From contig NW_021833270.1 of the NCBI RefSeq assembly GCF_006345805.1, positions 19,049 through 83,048 of the forward strand: a stretch of DNA of 64,000 bases. The letters run 5' to 3'. The position numbers and the translations under genes were made by a program. Below the pieces are notes generated by a model. That model was not told the origin of the DNA. It saw only the letters and a list, made by a program, of their open reading frames with translations, and did not search any database. How positions within the stretch are numbered: position 1 is the stretch's first letter; each line of letters opens with the position of its first letter. Source of the DNA: Octopus sinensis (lineage: Eukaryota). Of the stretch, positions 51,946 to 64,000 are shown in pieces.

Positions 51946-52795
51946 CAGTTCCGAAGAAGACTATATGTGGCAACTTAACCTACCAGAATTAACAGCAAAA
52001 TCTACATATTTTTTACCTTAGCGTCTTCTTCCTCTGCTACTTCTGCCGTTTGTTCCTGGTGCCATTGCAGTTGGTGAATTTGTTTCTCAAATATTCTCAA
52101 TATCCTATCCTCTTTTTATTACAGATAAAACAAATATGGCAATACGACAGCCGTAGACCGATGTAGTTTTTAAATGTATTTAAAGCACTGATAGGTGGGA
52201 TAAGTGGATTAAACAACAACCGATAGAGGAAGGGACGAACAGACATTTAAAAGACAAGAGAGGAGGGAAATAAACTGCAAGAGAGAAAGAAATAGAAAGG
52301 AGAGAGAGAAAAGTAAAGAGACAGGAGAGAAGATTGGTAAAGCGAAAAGCGTTTGGTACGTGGGGTGAGTGTGTGTGCGTGTGTATACGTGTGAGAATGC
52401 GAGTACGCTGCACGTGCGAGCGTTCGCGCATGCATGTGTGTATGTCTTTTATGTCTGCGAAACACAAAGGAAATACTTGGAGAAGATGTGATCGAACGAA
52501 TTTACGAACGATATAAGAAATAGAGGAAGGAAAAGAACGAGTGAGAAAGGGAAGAGAGGAAGATAAGTATTAGAAATTTAAGAGCAAAATATGGGATTGA
52601 AAGACAGTATATATAGCAAAAAGAGGAAATAGATTGATTGGACATACAAAGTATAACTACGTGTTTATCATTCTGTTTGCTTGGTTATGGAGCCCTTTTA
52701 ACTATATTTTACGTGCCTGTTACGATGCACATTTATGCATATGTATGTGTCTGTCTGTCTGTCTGTCTGTCTGTATGTATGTATGTATATGTATG

Positions 52796-52865
<70 letters not shown>

Positions 52866-52868
<3 letters not shown>

Positions 52869-52996
52869 GGTATCCCCAAAAAATGTATATACATTGTGGT
52901 TCGGCAAAAGAGAACGATAGAATAAGTACTAGGCTTACAAAGAATAACAAATTTACAATTATTTAAGGTGTGCATACATTTTTTGGGGACACCCTG
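52866..52996. mobile_element. 131-bp Tc1/mariner MITE with TA TSD and SINE-derived interior
   Basis: TA|CAGGGTATCCCCAAAAAATGTA ... TACATTTTTGGGGACACCCTG|TA; the end matches 38730-38775. Confidence 0.85.
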
Positions 52997-53017
52997 TATC
53001 TAATAATAATAATAATA

Positions 53018-53050
<33 letters not shown>

Positions 53051-53155
53051 GGGTAAAATTAATTAATTATTAATAATTCCACTAAGAAAGACCATTATCG
53101 GTAAACTAATATTTATTATGATATTTCTAAAGTTCGGTGTGTGGTGAAGCAAATT

Positions 53156-53275
<120 letters not shown>

Positions 53276-53302
53276 TGTGTGTGGTGTGTGTGTGTGTGTA
53301 TG

Positions 53303-53343
<41 letters not shown>

Positions 53344-53371
53344 AAATAAGCAACAAGAATGACTCCGGTAA

Positions 53372-53455
53372 TTTGGTACAATCGTTTCGTACTACATCAT
53401 TTTATTAAATGTTGTAAGTATTACAACATATTTAAGAAGCTGAGAACTCATCACC
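53372..53455 (-). ncRNA. Degenerate relative of hammerhead family B, in (TA)n
   Basis: GG-TGATGA-GTTC...GTAC-GAAA-CGATTG-TA-CCAAA; C3 missing. Flank aagcaacaagaatg is shared with about 11410. Confidence 0.45.
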
Positions 53456-53604
53456 ATATATATATATATATATATATACGAAATTAATTTGTGCAAAAAT
53501 CAATAAAAAGAGTATTCGATCTAATGAGAGTGTAATATTTACTGTAAGTGGTTCGTATTATATGTATTATATGCGCTACTAAAAGTTTCACGTACATAAG
53601 CACG

Positions 53605-53914
53605 GTTTGTTTGTTTGTTCCTTCTCGAGCCATGCCTGGCTCATAAGGGCCGGCTTCCCGGTTTCTTGGCGTATAGGTTCCCCACCAGGACGGGACGCCG
53701 GTCCATCGCAGGTGAGCTGCAAGATGCAGGAGGAAAAGAGTGAGAGAAAGTTGTGGCGAAAGAGTCAGCAGAAGTTTCGCCATTACCTTCTGCCGGAGCC
53801 GCGTGGAGTTTAGGTATTTTCGCTCATAAACACGCACATCACCCGGTCTGAAATTCGAACCCACGATCCCTCGACCACGAGTCCGCTGCTCTAACCACTA
53901 GGCCATGTGCCTCC
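53605..53914 (-). mobile_element. Third SINE family, full-length, tRNA head, (AAAC)n tail, 11-bp TSD
   Basis: A box TGGCCTAGTGG and B box GGTTCGAAT. ACATAAGCACG at 53594-53604 and ACATAAGTACG at 53915-53925. Confidence 0.9.
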
Positions 53915-54519
53915 ACATAAGTACGATTATCAAGCGCTGATTGAACTATGCAACCAAAAGGTTTACGTTTAAATAGAGGACCGGTGTGAAGCAATACGAA
54001 AGCAAAACGTACCTAATGGAAAATTCCACCAAGATGAATGAAGGAATTAAAAAAAAAGAAAAGTTTTTTCAAATAAATCGATGAATATAAATTATATATG
54101 AAAAATTTTAAAGGGTATATAAAAATAGAATATATTTAGACATATGTCTACACCCACTGAATATCTCTGATCTTGAATTAAAAATTGAGTTCGGAATTTT
54201 AAATCTGAACAGAATTTACGCCTTTCGGTCAAACAAGACCTACATGGTTGTGTTTATTTGTTGTTGCAAAACATTGTAATAAAGTTTTGTTAGCAGTCCA
54301 TGGCTCCCCAGGAAAGCATTCAACCAGAAGTTAGGAATTTTATCCTTTCCTGGAGACTTCCATTTGCTTGAATTTAGCATGAAGCAGAGGGTTAATACAA
54401 ACAACGTGGCTGGACACAACATCAACAACAACAACACAATCGAGAAACAGAACGAAAACAACAACTCAACAGGTAAACATTCTTTCTGGCTGTAGTTATA
54501 GAAGAAACCGTGACTACAA

Positions 54520-54720
54520 AACTCATTTCTCTTGGAGTTATGAATTGAATAATGATCTATTTAACTGCTACAAAAAAGCGAAACAAAACCCCGCTGTTGG
54601 CATTTTGATTCCATTGAAATCATATTGGGACGATCTGCATCCAAAATTAAACCATTTTACTGCGAAGCAACTACGCCAACAAGCAACATTTTGTAGAACA
54701 TAGAAAGAAGGTTAGTAACT
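54520..54720 (+). pseudogene. Possible R4/Dong-like non-LTR N-terminal relic
   Basis: WSYELNNDLFNCYKKAKQNPAVG...YWDDLHPKLNHFTAKQLRQQA resembles the W..E.N..L..CY...P..G....W...HP......L.DQ pattern. Confidence 0.4.
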
Positions 54721-55299
54721 GTAATTTTATTAAAACATCGCAAATTAACCTTCATCCCAACTCAATAAACAAAAACGTAAACGTGAATGATATAAGACCA
54801 CCACGTGGATTCGCAGTTAGCGACATTCCAACAGATTCCAAGTACCTGCCAGCCAAACTACGTTACTGGCTCAAGTAACTGACCACTGCCCCTCCCCCCA
54901 ACGACTTCGGTAAATAAGAATCTCAACCGCAATGATTATTGTACTGGTAGTGATAGTCAGGATTGTATGCCGGTGAAATGTGCCCTTACTGAAATTTTCC
55001 GAGAAAAAAATAACTTTGACTTTGAAGTACTACCTCGAGGAGAGAGTATTCTCTACCAAAGTAAGTAAAAAAAAACCTACCAGTCTCAAAGAGCATCCGT
55101 TGATGAGGATCTATTCTTTATGGGTTATACTTTTGATGCTTAGAGAGTGGGTTTGGGTGAGTGCAAGCTCTCTCCTCACTTTAAAAATTTTCTGGCACAG
55201 GTATTGCTTGAGTAAATTTTCCTGAAGTTACACGAGCTCAATGAATGGGGCTGGTCGTAGCCCGAAAAAAAAGGCTTAAATACAATTATGAGATCCAAA

Positions 55300-56650
55300 A
55301 ACTATGAAAATGTAAATGGCAAAAACAGGCTTGGGATCCAGAGGTAAACAGGTCTGACCCGGCAGGTGCCCCAGGGTATCGCAGCCTGGGCTCGGTCGTC
55401 ATCCTACCACTGCGTGCAACAACAACAGAAAAGTTTCCATGAATATTGGATGCTGGAATGTAAGAACATTACTAGATTCAGAATCAAATAAAAGATACCC
55501 AGAGAGAAGGTCTGCTCTCATTGGTAAAGGAGAAGCAAAAGTATGTAGCATTATCAGAGACTAGGAGCAAGGTAACTTTATTGAAAAATTCAGTGGCTAC
55601 ACATCTTATTGGAGCGGGAAAGGAGAAAAAGAAATTTGCAAAAAAGGAAGTTGTGTTGCTTTGCTCTGAAAGCCTTCTTGATTTATAAGTTAGAGGAATT
55701 GCCATACAGTGTAAATAATAGAATGATATTGCCAAGGTTGCCTTTAAAAAATGTCGATATGTAACTCTTGTTAGTGTTTATGCACTAACTATGAATGCAA
55801 GTAAAAATAAAAAGCTCTCTTTTTATGATGTGATGAAAGAGGATATCTGCAAAATTCCACGTGAGGATAAGATTATCATATTGGGCGATTTTTATACTAG
55901 AGTTGGTAGAGATCATGTGACTGGAAGACACGGAGTGGGAAATAGTCACAGCAATGGCTTCCCATACAATTTAGGTAAAGAAGTTTTAGGAGTAAAGAAG
56001 AAGAAACATCAAGATTGGTTTGATGAAAGTGATGGAAATATTCAACATTTCATGGAAGAAAAACGAAAGGCATTACTAGCAAATGATTCAGACCAAAACA
56101 GAGCTTTTCTTTTTCCAAAGAGATAAAAGCAGACGTCCAAAGAAAGATTTGAAGAATGCAGGATACTTGGAAGAAAGCGGAAGAGATTTGAGGCTGCTTC
56201 CAATGTTAAGAACACTAATTTATTCTATACTCTCCTTCGTGAAGTGTATGGGCCATCATGTCCTACTCTGGCTCATATGAAGAATAGAGGAATGGTGTTT
56301 TACTGAGGGAGCCCAAAGACATCTTAAAACGATTGGAGGAACATTTCAATGAACTTCGGAATCGACCATCAGTTGTTGAAAAAAGTTTTGAGATGAGTCC
56401 ACGGAATGCACCAATTGAGTGCTTAGATGACACCCTGTCAGTGGAGTAAACAATAAAAGCAGTATCAGAGCTGGACAATGGTAAAGCATCAGGAGTTGAT
56501 AGTCTGAATGTGGAACTATTTGAGTTGGGGTGGGGTGGGGGGGGGAGCACTTTGCTAGAAATGCTGACAGCAGTAATACAGAAGATATGGAAAAATGAAG
56601 TTATGCCAAAAGACAGGAAGGATGCAGTAATGGAAGTTGTGTTCAAGGGT
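55300..56650 (+). mobile_element. RTE (BovB-like) LINE relic, internally deleted
   Basis: MNIGCWNVRTLLD..PERRSALI; KIIILGDFYTRVGRD; KHQDWFDESD; GKASGVDSLNVELF...QKIWKNEVMPKD. Confidence 0.8.
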
Positions 56651-57298
56651 ATGTATGTATGTGTGTGTGTATGTATGTATTATCTATGTATGTTTGCATA
56701 TCTGTCTGTCTGTATGTATGTGTGTATGTATGTGCAGATTTGTATGTTTTATGTATGTATTCTCGTGCATAGAGTTGCATATCTAGACACTCTCATATAT
56801 ATTTAAATGATAAACTGGAAGGTTTTACAGATTTTTACAATTCCAGTGATGGATTGGATCTGTAGTCTTTGAATTAGCTTTTAATTACAGATAAGAATTT
56901 TGACTGTTACTTCCAGCAGGTAGGCATACTTAGTATGTCCTTTGATTAATTATATATATATATATATATATGTGACAAATTACGATAGACGCAAGTTTAT
57001 ATTATTACTCCCTATGTACGTTTCACCATTAGGCTTGCTTGGAACTTTGCATTGGGTGTTCCAATTACAATTGGATGCTTAACCAGAACGGATCATCAGG
57101 GAACATTTTATTGTATTATGCTACAGACAAAAGATATAAGAATTGGGGAACTGAGTAGAAGGCGAGGCATTTTACGTAATATTTTGAGAAAGAAATGGAA
57201 AGAAAACAGGAAGAGGAGGAAAAATAAAGAGAGAAAGAACGAAAGAAAGAAGAAAGTAAGCTGGAAACCATAAAAGAGATAAGCAAAAATATAGAATA

Positions 57299-57690
57299 CT
57301 AGCAGTATCGCCCGGCGTTGCTCGGGTTTGTAAGGGAAATAACTATATAAGCATTTTTAGAGATGTAAAGTATAATAGCCATCTCAATATGGTTAACCAC
57401 AAAGGGGGGTGTTACTGTAGCTTTTTACGTTCTGAGATTTAATAATAAATTTTTAGAGAGTTACTTCCCTTATATATGCCAAAAATGCATTAAAAATGGG
57501 AAAAATTGATGATAATTTTTTTTTTTAATCGTAGACTCATCGTAGACGCGCGCTAATACCCAGAAGGGCTCGATATGAATCACGACTATAAGATTCCCGG
57601 TTTTGGTTAAACTGCACCGCAAAATGTGGGAGTAGTTAGGAATCTAAGTCGTAGGAGACAGACACACAACCTCACTTTTATATATATAGA
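57299..57690 (-). mobile_element. Complete non-autonomous Helitron
   Basis: A|TCTATATATATAAAAG...cccgagcaacgccgggcgatactgCTAG|T; no TSD. Confidence 0.82.
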
Positions 57691-57739
57691 TATGACATGA
57701 TAAAAAAAAGCGAAATTAATATATAAATATTTATGCATT

Positions 57740-57960
57740 CATTAGGATTAACTCGAAGGGTAGCTTCATAATTGACCGTTTCCCCTAAACAAGCCCACCT
57801 ATTATATTTAGCAAGTTTCATTCTAGAGACGATTCCTGTGGTGGAGTAGGAGAGCTTGAAAGTGTGCCTGTTGAGAATGTTTTCGTACCTATTCTTGAAG
57901 GGAAAATCTTTCTCTAGAATCAAGAAAAAGTTTCCGATAACGTTGTTGTTTTTCACACTC
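57740..57960 (-). pseudogene. Penelope-like element ORF relic (RT/GIY-YIG linker and start of GIY-YIG)
   Basis: NVIGNFFLILEKDFPFKNRYENILNRHTFKLSYST...CLGETVNYEATL matches the PLE pattern NIGK.FL.L..K.FP......IFNRNT.K.SYSC...CL....VY.AT. Confidence 0.7.
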
Positions 57961-58061
57961 TTTGAGAAAGTCAGGCCGTACTAAATAACCTGTTTCCTAT
58001 TTCTCTGTCTCCCGTGAAAGTAAGTTTCTCTTACGGATAACCGCGCACACACACACACATA

Positions 58062-58358
58062 CAGTGGCAGACTGGGTTTAAAAATATTAGTTGCCAGGAG
58101 ACTAAGGGGCCCCACCCGCGACTACAATGCTACCGTTTAATTTTTTTTGTTTTTTTTTGTTAAAAGTATTCTTTTCAACTGACTACAAACATAGCCAGGC
58201 TTAAATAATGCATTCTTCCAGGAGTGAATAAAAAATTCTCAAACTTGAGGGGATGGGCGGCCCCTTAGATACTAACATGGGCCACCATATATGGATTCTA
58301 ATGGCGCAGGAGCCCACTTGCCATCGGTCAAGCTGGCAACCTGGTCAGTCCACCACTG
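58062..58358. mobile_element. hAT-type MITE
   Basis: TIR CAGTGGCAGACTG / CAGTGGTGGACTG (11/13); perfect 8-bp TSD CACACATA at 58054-58061 and 58359-58366. Confidence 0.88.
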
Positions 58359-59349
58359 CACACATATATATATGTTGTTTCCACCAGCAGCCATACAAAT
58401 CGTTTAAATCGAGAAAAATACGTTTTAATGATAACACCAACAAGGAAACAAAAGTTAAACAATTATTTATTGAAATGGAGTTAATGATACAATTGTTATA
58501 TAAGTGTGTATGTGTTTGTGTGTGTGTGGGTGCGTGTGTGCCGGCGCGTGTGTGCCACGCTTTTGTGCCTATGTGTGTGTGCCTGAGTCCGTGTTTATAT
58601 TTTCACCCTTATGAGAACCATAGACTGTAGCTCTTTACATTCTCTCTCTTTCTTTCTTTTTTCTTTTCTCAGTCTATCTCTCTCTCTCCCTTACTTTCTC
58701 TCTCTCGCTCTATCTCTCTCTCTTTCTTTCTCTCCCCCTCTCTTTCTCTCTCTTTCTTCCTCTCTCTCACTCTTCGGTATCGGAGCATTCGATAGATACC
58801 AGTAAACTAAGTACTTCACTGAAATAGTTCTGAAATTGATATAATGGTACTGGACACATTTGAAAGAGGTGTCCAGTCCGGCGCTTCTACGATGGCTAGA
58901 GCCAAGAACTAAAGTTAATTCTGTAGCAATTATGTACGACATTTCTGTGTATGCTTTATTGACTGATATTTTCACTTCGAGGCATTCAAATACTTTTATG
59001 CTTTCTGTGGTTGTTCCTTGTTCTTCTATGATCAGGATAACCAGCAAGTTGTGTAACTTGTTTCAAATCAGTTTCAGCCCCTTATTTCCTCTTTGAAATT
59101 TCACATCTCGTTCCTTATTAGAATCATTATTAGAAAACGATTTTCCAGACGTCTTACCATTTGCAGTCCATTCTTTAATAGTTGTCCCTAGTTTATCAAC
59201 ATCAAAGTCTCTTTTGTCATTTGGAATTATTGCGACCGTGCTAACTAAATCTTCCTTTTTCAACATCGTTCTTTAAACAATTTCTCAGTCTGTTATACAA
59301 CGAGATTATCTCGTTCTTCAACTTATATTGAATAGCAGATATTAATTAA

Positions 59350-59760
59350 AAATACGTTTAGATTTTTATTTGTTTCTGCATCACTACCATTCAGAACTAG
59401 TCCAGATTAAATGGACTTCCGGCATGCAGATAAGTGGCTTCCTTACTTTCACACATTCTTAATGCAATAAATTCTACACAACGAAAAATATTAAGTTACT
59501 TCTGTACCTTTATAATAGGCAAGTAGTTTTATTTTACAACATACTGTGAATTTTTATAGAACGAATAGCATATTTTCTCTTTAAAGTACAAATTATACCT
59601 TGATCTAATGGTTTGAATAAAGGTGTATCGCTGATGGTATGTAAATAACTTTTAACATTTCTGTTTGCTAAATCACAAGCTATAATAGAATTTTATTGAT
59701 TAGTAATAAAATTTCGAAGTCAATATTGTATTTTGCATAAATTTCCGAGTTAGGGCGAAG
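59350..59760 (-). pseudogene. pogo/Tigger (DDE_1) transposase relic
   Basis: Minus strand NKILL...KVIYIPS...PLFKPLDQGIICTLKRKY. Confidence 0.55.
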
Positions 59761-60710
59761 TTCTTATAAAACGAATATAACAGCATGCCGACGTATTGGG
59801 AAGATATTTTTTTTATTTAAAGCCCTCTTACAATGACATGAAAAATTCTATTAATTAATAAAGATTAATGAAAGAGAATCTTTATTGCATTACAGTTAAA
59901 TAATAGACTTCTATGATTTTTGGTTCTATTGAATTCGAAAACGATTTTTTTCTCTGTGGTATTTACTTCTACAGAATATCAGTTTAAACAGTTATATATA
60001 TTTGCTCTAAAAATAGTAAATTGTTCTATTACTTCAACAAAATATGGCATAAATTTCTCCTAAGTTTCCATTTCGTCCAATTTCGTTCACTGTCCAATTT
60101 CGTAATGCCTCGATTTTAAAAATTTCCGAGTCATTCGTTAATGACTGAGTCTTGCTTTAATTAATTAAATGATCGATTGGATTAACAATTCATATTTCGT
60201 TTCGCTTCATAACAAAGATCTCTATAGATAAACCTTTTGTGGGGGTCTATGTTCTATCCAAAATAAAAACAAGGCTATTTTCTATCTTCCTACAATGGTG
60301 TTATGTATGATTTGCTTCAGATTATGAATGACCCAATGGCTTCGTTAGTTTTACTTTTATCTGCTGATAATATAATTGTTGCATCGTAGGACTTTCCAAT
60401 TTGAAGGTGATTTCATATTTTTATATTGCTGTGTAATGAAATCGCCTTTCTTATCAGTATTTGCTTCTGACATTTGAAACATTTAGTTGTGTTATTCAAT
60501 CAGGCAAATAACGAACAATGTAAAGCAAATCTAACTTAACTGCAGTTTTAGCGTGCGGCTACTTCAAGATGGCAGATATAAAATTAAAGTAAAACGAAAG
60601 GAAAGAAAAAAAAGAAACAAAAACTACGAAATGACATTTTAAATTCATTTATGTAAATTACAAAAGTAAGAATATATGACGCAAACCAAAACTGTGCATA
60701 CCAAAGGCCA

Positions 60711-61880
60711 TGTATGTATGTATGTGTGTATGTGTGTATGTATGTATGTGTGTATGTGTGTGTGTATGTATGTATTGTATGTATGTATGTATGTATGTAT
60801 GTATGTGTGTATGTGTGTATGTATGTATGTGTGTATGTGTGTGTGTATGTATGTATTGTATGTATGTATGTATGTATGTATGTATGTGTGTATGTGTGTA
60901 TGTATGTATGTGTGTATGTGTGTATGTGTGTGTGTATGTATGTATTGTATGTATGTATGTATGTATGTATGTATGTGTGTATGTGTGTATGTATGTATGT
61001 GTGTATGTGTGTATGTATGTATGTGTGTATGTGTGTATGTATGTATGTATGTATGTATGTATATATGTATGTATGTATATATGTTTGTATGTATTGTATG
61101 TATGTATGTATGTATGTATGTATGTATGTATGTATGTTTGTATGTATGTATGTATGTATGTATGTATGTATGTATGTTTGTATGTATGTTTGTATGTATG
61201 TATGTATGTATGTATGTATGTATGTATGTATATATGTTTGTATGTATTGTATGTATGTATGTATGTATGTATGTATATATGTATGTATGTGTGTATGTGT
61301 GTATGTATGTATGTGTGTATGTGTGTGTGTATGTATGTATTGTATGTATGTATGTATGTATGTATGTATGTGTGTATGTGTGTATGTATGTATGTGTGTA
61401 TGTTATGTAATGTATGTATGTTAGTATGTATGTTTGTATGTATGTATGTATGTATGTATGTATGTATGTATTGTTGATGTATTGTATGTATGTATGTATT
61501 GTATGTATGGTGTATGTATGTATGTATATATGTTTGTATGTATTGTATGTATGTATGTATGTTGTATGTATGTTTGTATGTATGTTTGTATGTATGTAGT
61601 ATGTATGTATGTATGTATGTATGTGTGTATGTATTGTATGTATGTATGTCTTGTATGTATGTATGTATGTATGTATGTATATATGTTTGTATGTATTGTA
61701 TGTATGTATGTATGTATGTGTGTATGTATGTGTGTGTATGTATGTATGTGTGTATGTGTGTGTATGTGTGTGTATGTATGTATGTATGATGTATGTATGT
61801 ATGTATGATGTATGTATGTGTGTATGTATATAAGTATGTATGTATGAATGTATGTATGTATGTATGCATGTGTATGTGCA
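60711..61880. repeat. 1.17-kb compound (TATG)n/(TG)n microsatellite
   Basis: Direct reading; source of the long MYVC/HTYI ORFs. Confidence 0.97.
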
Positions 61881-62139
61881 TGCATGCACACACACCACAC
61901 ACACACACACATTATAGCTATATATAAAAGGGTAGGCCCAGTTATTCTATTCACTTAGTTTTACATGTTTACACTTTTATCGCCTTCTTAGTGTTTTACA
62001 TTTGAAGCAATGCCTCGGTCCAGACACGTTTTCCACTATTCGAAGCATTTTTAACGCTTCCGTCGTATTTTGTTTTCCTTCAGCTCTTCCATATCTGCAA
62101 ATTCCGTAACATCAGCTTTCGTTTCTAGTGATGACCCTT

Positions 62140-62520
62140 GATAAATAGGCCGTATCAACTCCCAAATGTTCTTTACGTTCACGACACGCATTCAGTCGTG
62201 ACTGCTTTTCATCTTCCGGGAGCAAGCAAGGCACAAATTTTGCTCCAACTCTGTTCATTTACAATTTCTCGCTCAAAATTCGTTGGCAGGAGCTCCAGGA
62301 AACACCAATCATATCAACAAATTTCGTTATTTGTTCGGTGGCGGTCCTCCAAAATCAGTTCATGATGTTTCCATATTTTCAAGAAGTCGATAGTTGCCCT
62401 GAACGAGGTTGGTACTCAAGCGACAAGTGACCATTCTGAAAACATGAAAACCACTTGTAAACTTGTGTTTTGCCCATGGCAGCATCCCAGTAAATTGTTT
62501 GAAGCACAACAACTGTTTCG
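62140..62520 (-). pseudogene. mariner transposase N-terminal relic
   Basis: TQVYKWFSCFQNGHLSLEYQPRSGQLSTS...LILEDRH...SWSSCQRILSEKL*MNRVGAKFVPCLL. Confidence 0.8.
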
Positions 62521-62524
62521 GCCG

Positions 62525-62790
62525 TCGTTTTTCCCAAAGGACCATGATGGCCTTCTTCTCTCTGGTTCTGAAGGTTCTCAGGGTCCAGCCAATCGTCTGC
62601 ACTTTGTCGCCATCTTCATAATGTGCACTTGGAAAGATGTATCATCACTCATGTCGACACCCAGATCTCGCACTGATTTAGGTTCTGGGACTGTAATCCT
62701 CCGTCCAGTGCATCCAGTAAGTTTTACTTTCTGTTTGGGTGATGGTAGCGCAGGGCTCGGTATTTCCTAGAATTAAACTGTATATTATTG
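62525..62790 (-). mobile_element. CR1-like LINE fragment related to 48786-49769
   Basis: PKSVRDLGVDMSDDTSFQVHIMKMATKC...GWTLRTFRTREKKAIMVLW. Confidence 0.8.
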
Positions 62791-62809
62791 TCTTCAGCCC
62801 ATCTGTTAT

Positions 62810-62840
<31 letters not shown>

Positions 62841-62906
62841 ATATATATATATATATTATATATATTATATATATATAATATATATATATATATGATAATA
62901 ATAACA

Positions 62907-62942
<36 letters not shown>

Positions 62943-63102
62943 TAATAATAATAATAATATAATATGATAATAATAATAATACAATAACAATAATAATAAT
63001 AATATGAGGGAATATTATTCTAAACTTACAGGGAAAATTCAATTTAGAAATAAAATCAATTTACAAAATATAATATATATATATATAAATTAGAAAAAAT
63101 AC

Positions 63103-63359
63103 CTTTTATCAATTCAATAATGAAAAATTAAATTATACCATCTAGAAATTATATATTATAGACAGATTAAATATAAGATAAAACAAATAACGATGATTAA
63201 GTAATGTGCAAAATAATAAATAAAATATATATACGTTTTATTTATTATTTTGCACATTACTTAATCATCATTATATTTTTTATCGTATATTTAATATTTC
63301 TATTAAATGTAATTTTCTAGATGGTATAATTTAAATTTACATTATTGAATTGATAAAAG
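63103..63359. repeat. AT-rich inverted repeat (~123-bp arms, 10-bp spacer)
   Basis: 63103-63225 is roughly the reverse complement of 63236-63359. Confidence 0.8.
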
Positions 63360-63394
63360 CGGCTATCACCACTACGCCCTCCAAAGCCCTCACT

Positions 63395-63554
63395 GCCACC
63401 AGCACCATCACCACCACCACCACCACCATCACCACCACCACCACCACTGTCACCATATCACAAAAACAAATAACAGTTGTACTTATCTATATTACCAAAC
63501 TACATGCTATCTCCTTGAGGACTAACTGCTGATGCTGCTAGTGGTAGTAGTAGT

Positions 63555-63620
<66 letters not shown>
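63395..63620. repeat. (CAC)n and (GTA)/(GCA)n trinucleotide tracts
   Basis: Direct reading. Confidence 0.9.
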
Positions 63621-63621
<1 letters not shown>

Positions 63622-63840
63622 ACGTCAATAAGCTCAATAAGCTCAGAAGTAACGTCAATTAGCTCAGAAGTGAATTACCCTGTTGCTCGACTTGGCAGAA
63701 ATAGCAGTCAAATCTTCACACCGTCCAGTTTTATATAACAACAGAACACCTTAGCATAAACTTCTATACACTTAGAAAGACAGCATTTCTAGACGGGATC
63801 ATGGGGTCTGCTCAATAAGCATTGTCTGAAGTGAAACAAC

Positions 63841-64000
63841 GGATCTTTTCGGTTTGAACGGCATTTTTTCTAGCGGTGTCATTTGAAATTGTCACCCATA
63901 ATTATGACCCTAGAATCCATCTATTGCATTTCAATCTCTTTTAGGTTAGGGTTAGGGGTGGCGGGAAGACTATCTTTTTTCTTCACAAATGTAAATAAAC
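63841..64000 (+). mobile_element. GGATC-MITE running off the window end
   Basis: TIR at 63841 followed by the same internal sequence, including TTAGGG-like repeats. Confidence 0.9.

Noticed and set aside
53840-53914. tRNA gene
   Set aside because: It is the head of a SINE with body, tail and TSD; the same applies to heads of the main SINE.
58691-59266. Two in-frame minus-strand ORFs (67 and 118 aa) separated by one stop
   Set aside because: No recognisable motif, and they run into an (AG)n tract. Probably the tail of the adjacent pogo relic; cannot be supported as a gene.
60645-61954. Long ORFs (up to 421 aa) of HTYI/MYVC repeats, and the many similar ORFs elsewhere
   Set aside because: Translations of stop-free microsatellites; no coding evidence.

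Overview
AT-rich, repeat-saturated eukaryotic DNA with no host protein-coding gene that I can identify. The SINE families, microsatellite load and TTAGGG motifs point to an octopus-like cephalopod (inference from recalled repeat families). The window holds about 18 copies of one tRNA/CORE-type SINE, two other SINEs, and LINE relics (Tx1/L1, CR1-like, RTE, R4-like, Penelope). It also holds Ty3/gypsy relics, a full-length decayed piggyBac (35620-38168, TTAA), mariner and pogo relics, non-autonomous Helitrons, a hAT MITE and huge microsatellites. Two things stand out. (1) Four of the long inverted repeats embedded in (TA)n tracts, plus one single-copy element, carry type I hammerhead-ribozyme folds. 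These form five unrelated sequence families, most with a non-standard feature (U3:A8/U3.G8, U4C, A6U, G17, or an enlarged stem II) and a palindromic stem III; a Penelope ORF relic lies in the same window. (2) A ~420-bp MITE (TIR GGATCTTTTCGGTTTGAACGGCAG, internal TTAGGG repeats) has about 10 copies whose flanking direct duplications are 8, 8, 40, 66 or 0 bp, which a fixed-stagger transposase does not explain. All calls were made by eye from the sequence; coordinates of degraded relics are approximate.
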